A DNA stretch of 28,260 bases, from the NCBI GenBank assembly GCA_963749705.1, contig CAVVNQ010000020.1, forward strand, positions 1 through 28,260, read 5' to 3'. The translations under genes and the position numbers were made by a program. The first letter of the stretch is position 1; every line of letters begins with the position of its first letter. The notes under the pieces were generated by a model. That model ran no database searches, was not told the origin of the DNA, and saw nothing but the letters and a program-made list of their open reading frames with translations. Of the stretch, positions 1 through 11,684 are shown in pieces. The stretch is from an uncultured Chloroflexia bacterium. GTDB lineage: Bacteria > Chloroflexota > Limnocylindria > Limnocylindrales > CSP1-4.

Positions 1-1
1 C

Positions 2-1615
2 GGGCGCTGGCCTCGTTCGAGGCGGCGGCGATCCAGCCGCGTCGTCGACCGCCTGCTGCGCGCGGCTGGCCCAGGAGCCCCACGGACCGCGGCCCGCGAG
101 GCGTCGCGCCTGGACGACCGGGCCGTGCCCGTCGTTCGCGGCCTGCTTGCCCTGGCTGCCGGCGAGGTGCTGAGCGCACGCCGGCAGCTGGTTGAGGCGA
201 CGAGCTCCGGCGAGGCGGGTCCCATCCTCAGCGCGGGGGCGCGGCTGGGCGCCGCCGTGGCCGCGGCCCTGGCCGGCGACCGGGTCGATCCGCGCGAGAT
301 CGACCGGGCCGTCGATGAGGCGGAGCGAGCCGGCGTGCCATGGCTGGCGCGGCTGGGTCGCGAGATCGGAACCCAGCTCGGTGCCGAGCCTGATGACGCC
401 GCCGCCGGTAACGGTCGATCCCCGCACGGCTCGATGGCGGACGATCCATGGGGTGCCGCCCTGGTCGCGCTCGCGGCGGCCTGGTCCGACGACGCCGATC
501 CAGAGGAGCGCCTGCTGGCCGCGGACACCGCGTCGTCGGCATTCCGGCGGCTGGGCTCGGGCGTGCTCGAGGCGTGGGCCCGCGGCCTGGCTGCCGTTGC
601 GTTCGCCGAGTCCGGCGCACCCGACGCGAAGGACAGCGCGCTGGCGGCGGAGAGCCTCGGACGGGCCACGGGCACGCCCGCCGCCAGGCTGCTCGCCTAC
701 GCGGCGATCGCGGGTGCGGATCCGGAGCGCCGGGCCGAGTTCGCGCTGCTCGCGGACACCCTGGCCTCGGACATCGGTCTGGTCGTCCAGCGCGTGGCGG
801 CCCCCGGCGAGCATCTTCCGGCTCTCGACGCGGCCGATGGTGGTTCGGCCGGGACGCGCGCAGGCCCGGGCACGATCCGCGTCCGGGCGTTCGGCGGGTT
901 CGGGCTGGAGGTGGACGGCCGCCGGGTCTCGCTCGACGGCGCCAAGCCGCGGGTTCGCGCGCTGCTGCGGCTGCTCGCCATGCGCGGCGGCGCGCCGGTC
1001 CATCGCGACGTGATCCAGGAGGCGCTGTGGCCCGAGGCCGATGCAGCGGCCGGTTCGCGCAGCCTCCACGTGGCCGTGTCCGCCCTGCGGCGCCTGCTCG
1101 ACGATGTCGCCGCGCCGTACGGTGGCCGGCTGGTGGCCCGCGACGGCGACGCCTACCGGCTCGATGTCCCGCCGGAGGAGATCGACGTCCGCGCGTTCGA
1201 TCGCGCGATCGCCGAAGGTCGCGCGGCCCGGGCCCGGAACCAGGGCTCCGCGGCTGCGTTCGGGCGCGCGCTCGAGCTCTATGCGGGCGACCTGTTGCCC
1301 GAGGACGGTCCGGCCGATTGGGTACAGGACGACCGGGATCGATACCGGCTCCAGGTCCTCGAAGCCTGCCAGGCGCTGGCGGAGGAGGCGCTGCTCGGGG
1401 GCGACTACTCGGAGGCCGTTCGAGCGTGCAGGTTCGGTCTGGCCGTCGATCGCTATCAGGACGCCCTGTGGCGCGTGCTGATCGAGGCCCGCGACCGGGC
1501 GGGCGATGCCGGCGCCGCTGCGCGTGACCGCCAGGACTATGCGCAGGTGCTCGAGGGCCTCGGCGTCACGGTTCCGGAGCAGCGACCGTGGCCGGCCTGC
1601 TGCGCGGCGGGCTGA
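2..1615 (+). CDS. BTAD/SARP-type transcriptional regulator, C-terminal portion (copy 1, 5'-partial)
   Basis: Frame is open from base 2. Ala-rich helical region, then a winged-helix motif (IRVRAFGGFGLEVDG...RALLRLLAM...VHRDVIQEALWPE...SLHVAVSALRR) and a BTAD motif (ALELYAGDLLPEDGPADW...DRYQDALWRVLIEA). The last ~14 residues run into the duplication junction. Confidence 0.7.
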   Translation, partial: GRWPRSRRRRSSRVVDRLLRAAGPGAPRTAAREASRLDDRAVPVVRGLLALAAGEVLSARRQLVEATSSGEAGPILSAGARLGAAVAAALAGDRVDPREIDRAVDEAERAGVPWLARLGREIGTQLGAEPDDAAAGNGRSPHGSMADDPWGAALVALAAAWSDDADPEERLLAADTASSAFRRLGSGVLEAWARGLAAVAFAESGAPDAKDSALAAESLGRATGTPAARLLAYAAIAGADPERRAEFALLADTLASDIGLVVQRVAAPGEHLPALDAADGGSAGTRAGPGTIRVRAFGGFGLEVDGRRVSLDGAKPRVRALLRLLAMRGGAPVHRDVIQEALWPEADAAAGSRSLHVAVSALRRLLDDVAAPYGGRLVARDGDAYRLDVPPEEIDVRAFDRAIAEGRAARARNQGSAAAFGRALELYAGDLLPEDGPADWVQDDRDRYRLQVLEACQALAEEALLGGDYSEAVRACRFGLAVDRYQDALWRVLIEARDRAGDAGAAARDRQDYAQVLEGLGVTVPEQRPWPACCAAG

Positions 1616-3110
1616 CCCGGGAGCCCGCGGCCGCGGCCCGCGAGGCGTCCCGCCTGGACGACCGGGCCGTTCCCGTCGTTCGCGGCCTGCTCGCCCTGGC
1701 TGCCGGCGAGGTGCTGAGCGCTCGACGGCAGCTCGTCGAGGCGGCGAGCTCCGGCGAGGCGGGCCCCATCCTCAGCGCGGGGGCGCGGCTGGGCGCCGCC
1801 GTGGCCGCGGCGCTTGCCGGCGACCGGGTCGATCCGCGCGAGATCGACCGGGCCGTCGATGAGGCAGAGCGAGCCGGCGTGCCATGGCTGGCGCGGCTCG
1901 GTCGCGCGATCGGAACCCAGCTCGGTGCCGAGCCTGATGACGCCGCCGCCGGGAACGGTCGATCCCCGCACGGCTCGATGGCGGACGATCCATGGGGTGC
2001 CGCCCTGGTCGCGCTCGCGGCGGCCTGGTCCGACGACGCCGATCCAGAGGAGCGCCTGCTGGCCGCGGACACCGCGTCGTCGGCATTCCGGCGGCTGGGC
2101 TCGGGCGTGCTCGAGGCGTGGGCCCGCGGCCTGGCTGCCGTTGCGTTCGCCGAGTCCGGCGCACCCGACGCGAAGGACAGCGCGCTGGCGGCGGAGAGCC
2201 TCGGACGGGCCACGGGCACGCCCGCCGCCCGGCTGCTCGCCTACGCGGCGATCGCGGGTGCGGATCCGGAGCGCCGGGCCGAGTTCGCGCTGCTCGCGGA
2301 CACCCTGGCCTCGGACATCGGTCTGGTCGTCCAGCGCGTGGCGGCCCCCGGCGAGCATCTTCCGGCTGTCGACGCGGCCGATGGTGGTTCGGCCGGGACG
2401 CGCGCAGGACCGGGCACGATCCGCGTCCGGGCGTTCGGCGGGTTCGGGCTGGAGGTGGACGGCCGCCGGGTCTCGCTCGACGGCGCCAAGCCGCGGGTTC
2501 GCGCGCTGCTGCGGCTGCTCGCCATGCGCGGCGGCGCGCCGGTCCATCGCGACGTGATCCAGGAGGCGCTGTGGCCCGAGGCCGATGCAGCGGCCGGTTC
2601 GCGCAGCCTCCACGTGGCCGTGTCCGCCCTGCGGCGCCTGCTCGACGATGTCGCCGCGCCGTACGGTGGCCGGCTGGTGGCCCGCGACGGCGACGCCTAC
2701 CGGCTCGATGTCCCGCCGGAGGAGATCGACGTCCGCGCGTTCGATCGCGCGATCGCCGAGGGTCGCGCGGCCCGGGCCCGGAACCAGGGCTCCGCGGCTG
2801 CGTTCGGGCGCGCGCTCGAGCTCTATGCGGGCGACCTGTTGCCCGAGGACGGTCCGGCCGATTGGGTACAGGACGACCGGGATCGATACCGGCTCCAGGT
2901 CCTCGAAGCCTGCCAGGCGCTGGCGGAGGAGGCGCTGCTCGGGGGCGACTACTCGGAGGCCGTTCGAGCGTGCAGGTTCGGTCTGGCCGTCGATCGCTAT
3001 CAGGACGCCCTGTGGCGCGTGCTGATCGAGGCCCGCGACCGGGCGGGCGATGCCGGCGCCGCTGCGCGTGACCGGCAGGAATATGCGCTCGTGCTCGAGG
3101 GCCTCGGGGT
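87..3110 (+). repeat. ~1.5-kb direct tandem duplication (period 1544 bp)
   Basis: About 87-1566 aligns with about 1631-3110. Shadow ORFs also recur at exactly +1544 (448/1992, 697/2241, 1041/2585). Confidence 0.95.
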
Positions 3111-3147
3111 CAAGGGTCCCGCCGCGATCGCCTTCGGCACCAACTGA
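1588..3147 (+). CDS. BTAD/SARP-type transcriptional regulator, C-terminal portion (copy 2; N-terminus probably truncated)
   Basis: Near-identical to copy 1 at +1544 offset, with the same wHTH and BTAD motifs. Ends ...GVKGPAAIAFGTN*. No clear RBS at the GTG start. Confidence 0.72.
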   Translation: MAGLLRGGLTREPAAAAREASRLDDRAVPVVRGLLALAAGEVLSARRQLVEAASSGEAGPILSAGARLGAAVAAALAGDRVDPREIDRAVDEAERAGVPWLARLGRAIGTQLGAEPDDAAAGNGRSPHGSMADDPWGAALVALAAAWSDDADPEERLLAADTASSAFRRLGSGVLEAWARGLAAVAFAESGAPDAKDSALAAESLGRATGTPAARLLAYAAIAGADPERRAEFALLADTLASDIGLVVQRVAAPGEHLPAVDAADGGSAGTRAGPGTIRVRAFGGFGLEVDGRRVSLDGAKPRVRALLRLLAMRGGAPVHRDVIQEALWPEADAAAGSRSLHVAVSALRRLLDDVAAPYGGRLVARDGDAYRLDVPPEEIDVRAFDRAIAEGRAARARNQGSAAAFGRALELYAGDLLPEDGPADWVQDDRDRYRLQVLEACQALAEEALLGGDYSEAVRACRFGLAVDRYQDALWRVLIEARDRAGDAGAAARDRQEYALVLEGLGVKGPAAIAFGTN

Positions 3148-3421
3148 CGGTCGCTCCGGCGACCTGGCCGCGGGGACGCCTCGGGCGCCTCGGGCGCCTC
3201 GGCTCAGCCGCCTCGTCCCGGCTACCACGCGGCGCCTCGTCGCGTCGGCCGGCCACCCCGCCGCGTCCGCCACGTGGGCTGGCAGGCCACGATCTCGGGC
3301 CGAGGTCGCAACGGGGGCGTCGTCGGACGGCATTCGTGGCGCCGTGGACCTCGAAAGCTCCGGCGAGACCGGGAATGGGCTGATCTGCGCCCCGCGACGG
3401 CGATGTCGTGGCCTGTGGCGC

Positions 3422-3467
3422 CACGGCCGAGGCGAAGAGGAGCGCCGTGCCTCGGTCTTCGGCCGTG
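3422..3467. terminator. Possible stem-loop between convergent genes
   Basis: CACGGCCGA (3422-3430) and TCGGCCGTG (3459-3467) form an inverted repeat about 30 bp past the stop of the minus-strand operon. No U-tract. Confidence 0.3.
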
Positions 3468-3496
3468 TCGTCCGCAATGGCAGCCGGCGAACCGCG

Positions 3497-5630
<2,134 letters not shown>

Positions 5631-5704
5631 TCACCCACTCCCCGAGATCCCGTGTCGGTGGGGGAGAGGATAGTCGGCCGCCGCCGATCGCGGGGGCCGA
5701 CCGC

Positions 5705-6328
5705 TCATTCCGCCGCCGCCTCCTCGTTCCCGGCGGGGTTGGTCCTGCCGGCACCGCCGGCCTTCGCGGAGGCGCCCTTCCCCGGGCCGCCGCCCTTGAC
5801 GATCTCGATCCGGTGCATCACGTGAGCCGGCTTGGCGGTTGCGACGAGCGTGTCGAGCCGTTGGGTGTCGATCGCCTTGGGGTCGGGCACGGTCACCCGC
5901 ACGACAACCAGCGGCTCGGCGGAGCCGGGCAGCTCACCGCCGGGATCGACCGACCACCCGGTTGCGCCGTTCTCGACGATCTCCACCTCGCCGCCGGTCT
6001 GGATCTCGACCTGGCCCGCCAGGCCGATCGCGGTCCCGCGCATCCGGTACAGCTCGGCCGCGCGGCCGACGATCGCCCGCCGCCGGTCCTCGTCCCAGCT
6101 CTCGTCGAGGGCAATCCCGACCCACCCCGCGAGCCACGACAGGAAGTCGTCCGGGGTGAGCCTCGGGTCCAGGTACGCGTCGAAGTTGTCGAGCGTGTTG
6201 AACACCGGAGCGAGGCTCTCATCGAGCGCCCCGAGGAAGCGCCGTGCGAAGTCGTCATCCTGGTAGACGGCGGGCAGCGCCGGCCACAATGGGTGCGGCG
6301 ATGGCAGCCCGGCGATGACGCCGCGCAT
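5705..6328 (-). CDS. Phage tail protein I-like baseplate wedge subunit
   Basis: LPAVYQDDDFARRFLGALDESLAP...YLDPRLTPDDFLSWLAGWVG...ELYRMRGT...KPAH motifs. One-base stop/start overlap with baseplate J. Confidence 0.9.
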   Translation of the reverse strand: MRGVIAGLPSPHPLWPALPAVYQDDDFARRFLGALDESLAPVFNTLDNFDAYLDPRLTPDDFLSWLAGWVGIALDESWDEDRRRAIVGRAAELYRMRGTAIGLAGQVEIQTGGEVEIVENGATGWSVDPGGELPGSAEPLVVVRVTVPDPKAIDTQRLDTLVATAKPAHVMHRIEIVKGGGPGKGASAKAGGAGRTNPAGNEEAAAE

Positions 6329-8274
6329 CAGGCGCCCTCGACCAGCACCTGGTGCTCGTAGCTGAACACCAGGGCGTGGGTCTCGAGCTCGAGGCGCTGT
6401 GTCTGCTGGCCACGCTGTCCGGTCACCGGGTCGGCGCCGAACAGCCGGGCATCCTCCACGATCTCGGTGCCGCGGAGGCCCTGGAGCACCGAGTAGACCT
6501 CACCGACATTGATCGGCCGTCCGAACGGCCAGCCGGTCCCGTCGGGACCGCCGGTGATCGGGTGGAAGTACTCGTACAGCGCGGCCAGCGCCGCCTCCTG
6601 GAGACGCGTCGGGTTGGTGCGGTTCCGCGCCTTGAGCTTGGCCACGATCGTGATGCCCCGGTAGATGGGCGGCTCCACGATCGCCCGCGTCCCGATCACG
6701 CGGCCCTCGTCGAGCCGGTCGGTGATCTTCTGGAGCGTCTCCGGGCTCGGCACGAGCTGCTCGAACCTGAGGCGGCCCTCATCGCTGGTTGCCGAGGGCA
6801 CGACCAGGACGCGGACCGAGCCGGCATCCGCGCCATCGCCGGCCGCGACCGCGCGCACGCGCGCGACCTCGGGCGCTGCGTCGCGCGCGAGCTGCTCGTA
6901 GTCCTCCGTGGTCACGGCGCGACCACGGGCGCGGAGGCGGATCGGTCCCCGGACCTTGGCGTTCTCGATGTCCTCGCCGTCGACGCCGCCACGTGCCGGC
7001 CGGCGGTTCTCCACCCGCGAGACGAACGGGATGGATGACTTGAGGACGCTGATCGCGCGCGGCGCGACGTTGCCCTGGCGGCCGCCACCGACCCGGTACT
7101 CGCGCAGCCGGAGGTGGGCGCCCTTGGGCGGCACGGCGCCGTAGCGTCGCAGGACGCCGTCCGCCAGCCGGACCGCGGGTCCCAGGTGGACCTCGCCGGT
7201 CGACAGGTCGAGGCTGAAGTGCCGATCGTCGGGCCCGCTGCCCGCGAAGTCATCCACGTGCGTCCACTCGTCCCAGCCGTCGGCGCCTTCGACCTCCAGG
7301 ATCGGGGCACCGTCACCGGGCACGACCGGCCCCCGCTTGAGCGGGAACCGCTGGCCCGAGACGCCATCCGAGATGCCGATGTCCTCGGCCTTCACGAGCT
7401 CCGCGTTGACCGCATCGACCGTGCCGCCGATGGTGATCGCCGTGATCCCCTTGATGTTGGGAGAGGCGCTGTACGCCGGCTGACCCTCGGACAGCTCGGT
7501 GACCCGGGCGCGGATCCAGCCCGCCCGCTGCTTGGAGATGAGCGAGGCGGTGTGGCCGCGGGGCACGTGGATCACCACGTCGCCATCCCGGTTGAGCCCA
7601 CCGGTCGAATCGGAGTCGAGCTCGCAGGGCTCCCAGTCGTCGCCCGTCCAAGCCTCCCAGGCCAGCGGCGGGTTGGTCGGATCGACGCCCACGCCATCGA
7701 TATCGGCCTTGATCCGCAGCCGGACGGCGTTGGAGGGCACGGCCTCCGACAGCCCGACATACAGGGCATCGCCGGGGCTGGGAACCTGCTGGAAGCAGTA
7801 GACCTCGGTGCCCTTCTCGAGGGCCGCCCCGTGGTCGCGGAGGGTCTTGCCGTCGATCATCGAGCCCAGGCGCTCGAGCGAGCTCGGGATGATCTCGAGA
7901 TCCTCGACGGTCGCGAACGCGATCGCCTCGTCGGTGGCGGTGCGCACGGTTGCGGTCTGGGTCGCTGCCGCGATGGTGACCACGTCGGGCTGCGGGCCCG
8001 ACAGCCAGAACGTGATCGCGGTGCGCGCGGCGGTGGGTGGGTACAGGCTGACCCCGATCAGCTCCAGGAACTTGACGTAGTTCCGGTCCGGGACGCGGTT
8101 GAGCCGGTAGACGACCTGGTCCGTCATCCACGCGAACAGCTCGATCATCGTCACGCCCGGATCCGAGACGTTGTGGTCGGTCCACTCCGGGCAGCGCTGC
8201 TGCACCAGGCGCTTGGCATCGTCCACGAGGTCCTGGAACCGGCGGTCGTCGAGGTTGGGAACCGGCAGGGCCAT
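6328..8274 (-). CDS. Putative baseplate assembly protein (gpJ/Afp11-like)
   Basis: N-terminal PNLDDRRFQDLVDDAKR...PEWTDHNVSDPG; GGVDGEDIENAK...RAVTTEDYE; C-terminal HPITGGPDGTGWPFGR. Confidence 0.95.
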   Translation of the reverse strand: MALPVPNLDDRRFQDLVDDAKRLVQQRCPEWTDHNVSDPGVTMIELFAWMTDQVVYRLNRVPDRNYVKFLELIGVSLYPPTAARTAITFWLSGPQPDVVTIAAATQTATVRTATDEAIAFATVEDLEIIPSSLERLGSMIDGKTLRDHGAALEKGTEVYCFQQVPSPGDALYVGLSEAVPSNAVRLRIKADIDGVGVDPTNPPLAWEAWTGDDWEPCELDSDSTGGLNRDGDVVIHVPRGHTASLISKQRAGWIRARVTELSEGQPAYSASPNIKGITAITIGGTVDAVNAELVKAEDIGISDGVSGQRFPLKRGPVVPGDGAPILEVEGADGWDEWTHVDDFAGSGPDDRHFSLDLSTGEVHLGPAVRLADGVLRRYGAVPPKGAHLRLREYRVGGGRQGNVAPRAISVLKSSIPFVSRVENRRPARGGVDGEDIENAKVRGPIRLRARGRAVTTEDYEQLARDAAPEVARVRAVAAGDGADAGSVRVLVVPSATSDEGRLRFEQLVPSPETLQKITDRLDEGRVIGTRAIVEPPIYRGITIVAKLKARNRTNPTRLQEAALAALYEYFHPITGGPDGTGWPFGRPINVGEVYSVLQGLRGTEIVEDARLFGADPVTGQRGQQTQRLELETHALVFSYEHQVLVEGA

Positions 8275-8276
8275 GG

Positions 8277-8675
8277 TCAGTCTCCTCCCGGGATGACGTA
8301 GAACGGGAATACGAGGTTGCGGCGGTCGTTGGTCCGCCGGATCGAGTACCGGATGTCGATGTACATGACCGTCGGGTCCCGGCCGTCGAAGGTCACCTGG
8401 ACCTCCTCGACATCGATCCGGGGCTCCCAGCGACGCAGCGACGACTTCACCTCCGCCGCGATCGCCGACGCGGTGCCGCCATCGGCCGAGGCGAACACGT
8501 ACTCGTGGATCCGGCAGCCGAACTCGGGTCGCATCGGGCGCTCACCCGGCGAGGTGCCGAGCACCAGGCGGATGGCCTCCTCGATCTCCCGCTCGCGCGA
8601 GACGAGCGCGATGCCCCCGGTCGTGTCCGTGCGCAGCGGGAAGGCCCAGCCGCGCCCGATGAACTCCTCGCTCAC
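8277..8675 (-). CDS. GPW/gp25 family baseplate protein (Afp9-like)
   Basis: FIGRGWAFP...LVLGTSPGERPMRPEFGC...RWEPRI...NLVFPFY. GAGGAGG RBS before the GTG. Confidence 0.95.
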   Translation of the reverse strand: MSEEFIGRGWAFPLRTDTTGGIALVSREREIEEAIRLVLGTSPGERPMRPEFGCRIHEYVFASADGGTASAIAAEVKSSLRRWEPRIDVEEVQVTFDGRDPTVMYIDIRYSIRRTNDRRNLVFPFYVIPGGD

Positions 8676-8743
8676 GTCGGCCTCCTCACGCCACGGATGC
8701 TCCGGCGATGGTGGTCATTCGCGGCCGTCATCCTGCTGCCCGC

Positions 8744-10432
8744 TCAATTCAGCCCCAGCGTGGCGCCCTTGATGGACGCCTGGCCGGATGCCGTGATCTC
8801 GACGCCCATGGCGTCGACCTTGAACTTGCCCTTGGTGGTCAGGACGATGTCGTCCTGGGCATCGATCGTGATCTTGCCGGTGGTCTCGATCTTCACCTCC
8901 TTGTTCTGCTCGTCGAGCACGATGCTGACCGCGCCACCCGAGGTGAGGAGGTGGATCTTCGACTCGCCGCTCGACTCGAAGAAGCTGAGCTTGTGGCCGG
9001 TCCGCGAGGTGAACCCGCAGTAGGTGACGGAACCCGCGTCGAGATCGGAGCCGTAGTCGAACGGGATGGTGTCCTTGCCGTTCCACATGCCGCCCAGCAC
9101 CACGGGGAACATCACGTCGCCGTGCTCGAATGCGACGAGCACCTCGTCGCCAACCTGCGGGATCCACACCACGCCGTAGTCCTTGCCCGCGCCGGGCGCA
9201 GAGACGCGCGCCCAGTACAATTCGGCGTCGTCCGCCAGCCAGGGATAGGTGACCTTGACCCGGCCCATCTGTTGCGGGTCGTTGTTGTCGGTCACGATCG
9301 CGAACGCGACGCCGAAGAAGCGTTCACGGCCGCCGCCCGCGCCCTGGGACACGAGACCATGGATGGAGCGGTCCTGCCGTCCGGTGAAGTCGAGCGAGGT
9401 CTTGTAGGTGCCGTTGCCGAACTCGTGGCGGGTCCCGGTGATGACCCACTTGCCCTCGAGCGCGGCGTCCGTGCCGCTCACGTTGACCGCCACGCCCGCC
9501 TTGAGCGCCGGCGAGCCGACAGCCACGGCACTCGCCTCGAACGCGGCGCTGCCGATCTGCTGCGCGCGCGCCGTCGCCAGGCCGTCGGCGCCCTCCTGCG
9601 AGCCGACCGGGTGGTTGACGACGGTCATGGTCTTGCCGCCGATCTTGCCGGCCAGGGCGCCGGCCGTTGTCGCCAGCTCGGCGTTGGTCGACTCGACGTC
9701 CGCCTGCCCGATCACGGCCTCCTTGTTGACCGGATCCCAGCCGCGAACCGTCACGTCCTTGACCTGCGCGACCGCGCTCATGCGTGCCCGGAACTCGAGC
9801 AGGTTGTAGTTCCAGACCAGCTGGACCGGATCCTCGCTGGTGAAGTCGCCCGCGCCGGGCGCATCCGCGGACTCGACGGGCTTCTTGAACCTGAGGGTGT
9901 CCTCGTCGACCCGGCATTCGAATCCGATCCGGCGCGCGATGTCGTACAGGAAGTCAAGGTCGGAGACGTTGGCCTGGAGCACGTGCTCGACGGTGCTGCC
10001 CGAGTCGTCCACGTCGGCCGTCAGCCCGGCGTCGCTCGCGATCTGCGATGCGATGTCCGAGTACTTGACGTTGAGGAACGTGGTGGACTTGCGCCCGGCG
10101 GCCAGGCGATGCGACTTGTCGTAGCCGCGGACCACGGCGCGCGTCCCGAGCGAGTCATAGTCAGCCTCGATCGAGGTCACCTCCCCCGCGATCAGGACCG
10201 CAGGACTGTCCTGGTGCCGGTCCGCGGTCGAGATCTTGACCTTCGTGCCGACCTCCAGGCCGGCCCGCCCCAGGATGTCGCGATCGGGGTCACGAAACAC
10301 GAGCGTGAACATGTCCGGCATCATCAGCCGGTCCACGACGAGCGCGCTCTCGAGCTGGCCCTCGACATCCGCGGCAAGCTCGGCGCCTTCGATCTCGATG
10401 GTCCGCTGGGTGGACGCGGTCGGTGTGGGCAT
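8744..10432 (-). CDS. vgrG: VgrG-related spike protein (Afp8-like)
   Basis: gp27-like N-terminal part (GYDKSHRLAAGRK, QANVSDLDFL), OB-fold (VTDNNDPQQMGRVKVTYPW...PQVGDEVLVAFEHGD) and a C-terminal beta-helix. Confidence 0.93.
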   Translation of the reverse strand: MPTPTASTQRTIEIEGAELAADVEGQLESALVVDRLMMPDMFTLVFRDPDRDILGRAGLEVGTKVKISTADRHQDSPAVLIAGEVTSIEADYDSLGTRAVVRGYDKSHRLAAGRKSTTFLNVKYSDIASQIASDAGLTADVDDSGSTVEHVLQANVSDLDFLYDIARRIGFECRVDEDTLRFKKPVESADAPGAGDFTSEDPVQLVWNYNLLEFRARMSAVAQVKDVTVRGWDPVNKEAVIGQADVESTNAELATTAGALAGKIGGKTMTVVNHPVGSQEGADGLATARAQQIGSAAFEASAVAVGSPALKAGVAVNVSGTDAALEGKWVITGTRHEFGNGTYKTSLDFTGRQDRSIHGLVSQGAGGGRERFFGVAFAIVTDNNDPQQMGRVKVTYPWLADDAELYWARVSAPGAGKDYGVVWIPQVGDEVLVAFEHGDVMFPVVLGGMWNGKDTIPFDYGSDLDAGSVTYCGFTSRTGHKLSFFESSGESKIHLLTSGGAVSIVLDEQNKEVKIETTGKITIDAQDDIVLTTKGKFKVDAMGVEITASGQASIKGATLGLN

Positions 10433-10441
10433 CTCGCGACC

Positions 10442-11179
10442 TCAGGCGCTCTTCGCCGCGTCGGCGAGGGTCGGGATCAGGAGCACCATGCCCGCGGACA
10501 GGCGCAACGGATCATCGATCCCGTTGAGCTCCGCGATCGCCCGCCAGTAGGTCGGCTTGCCCAGCTCCGAATACGCGACGGACTGCAGCGTGTCGCCCTC
10601 GATCATCGTGTGGACGCGGCGGCTGTTGACCGAGTGCGAGGTGGGGTTCTGGCCGCCGATCTGCTCCGGCTGGCCCTCGATGGTGACATCGACCTTGGCC
10701 TGGACGGGCGTCCCGTCCTTGCGGAACACGGTGTAGTTGACGACCACGCTCTTGAGATAGCCGCTGAAATCGTCGAGCTGGGGGTTGCCACCCCACTTGA
10801 ACGACACCAGCGGTGGGCACGGCTTCTTCTTGTCGCGCGACGCCTGGGTCGGTCGCGTCCAGCCCAGCAGGCGGGTGATCGTGGGGGTGACGTCGCCGTC
10901 CGCGGACGCGAAGTCGTCGAAGAACAGCTGCGTGGTCAGCGTCATGGCATTGGTGCCACTGAACTCGGGGGTGCCGCCATCCGTGGCGGGCGTCTGGTTG
11001 CGGGTCACGTTCAGGGTCTGGGTCAGCCGGTACTCGGTGGGGTTGAACATGCACTCGATCTCGGTGTCACCCGAGGGCTTGTTGTCCCCGACGCACACGA
11101 GCTTGGCCTTGTCGGGCTTGACCAGCCCCAGCGCCTCGCCGATCTGGGAAGCCGCCGAGCCGACCGCGTCCATCACCAT
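10442..11179 (-). CDS. CIS tube-initiator protein with C-terminal LysM domain (Afp7-like)
   Basis: CMFNPTEY...PPLVSFKWG...FRKDGTPVQA...QNPTS, then LysM HTMIEGDTLQSVAYSELGKPTYWRAIAELNGIDDP. Confidence 0.92.
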   Translation of the reverse strand: MVMDAVGSAASQIGEALGLVKPDKAKLVCVGDNKPSGDTEIECMFNPTEYRLTQTLNVTRNQTPATDGGTPEFSGTNAMTLTTQLFFDDFASADGDVTPTITRLLGWTRPTQASRDKKKPCPPLVSFKWGGNPQLDDFSGYLKSVVVNYTVFRKDGTPVQAKVDVTIEGQPEQIGGQNPTSHSVNSRRVHTMIEGDTLQSVAYSELGKPTYWRAIAELNGIDDPLRLSAGMVLLIPTLADAAKSA

Positions 11180-11189
11180 CGCGCGGTCC

Positions 11190-11675
11190 TCAGAACGACA
11201 CGTTCACGGAGGCGGAGACGGACAAGGCACCGGCGAGCAGCCCGCCCAGCGCACCCAGCCCGATGATCTCCTGATAGGTGATCTCGAGCGTCTCCGTGGC
11301 GACGTTGTTGCTCATCAGGTCGAGGGTCGGGCCGGACCACTTGACCGGCACGACGCCGGCCAGGTTCCAGGTCGTGATCTCGCTGCCGCCGGCGGTCATC
11401 GCCGTGATCGCCATGGTCTGGGGGATCACCGCCACCATGTTGCTCTGGAGCCACATCATCAGCAGCGGCGAGGTCGAGTCCACTGGCCGGCTGAGCCGCA
11501 GGTTCGTGTACTTGCACGGGCCCAGGATCTTGTGCGTGTAGCCGTTGACGCCGCCCTCGCGGTACTCGGTGACCTGGTACTCGAACCCGAGCCCGTCGAT
11601 CTTGGTCCACACCCCGAGCGGGATGAAGCCGTCGATCGTGCACTTGTACGCGATGCTGACTGCGGGGTCTCCCAT
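11190..11675 (-). CDS. Phage tail tube protein, T4 gp19 family (minor tube, Afp5-like)
   Basis: EYREGGVNGYTHKILGPCKYTNLRLSR...WNLAGVVPVKWSGPTLD...VATETLEITY. AAGGAGG RBS. Confidence 0.92.
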   Translation of the reverse strand: MGDPAVSIAYKCTIDGFIPLGVWTKIDGLGFEYQVTEYREGGVNGYTHKILGPCKYTNLRLSRPVDSTSPLLMMWLQSNMVAVIPQTMAITAMTAGGSEITTWNLAGVVPVKWSGPTLDLMSNNVATETLEITYQEIIGLGALGGLLAGALSVSASVNVSF

Positions 11676-11684
11676 CGGTCCTCC

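Noticed and set aside
3175-3203. Three copies of a 9-bp unit (CGCCTCGGG-like) after the regulator stop
   Set aside because: Short GC-rich microrepeat downstream of a stop codon between convergent genes; no evidence of function.
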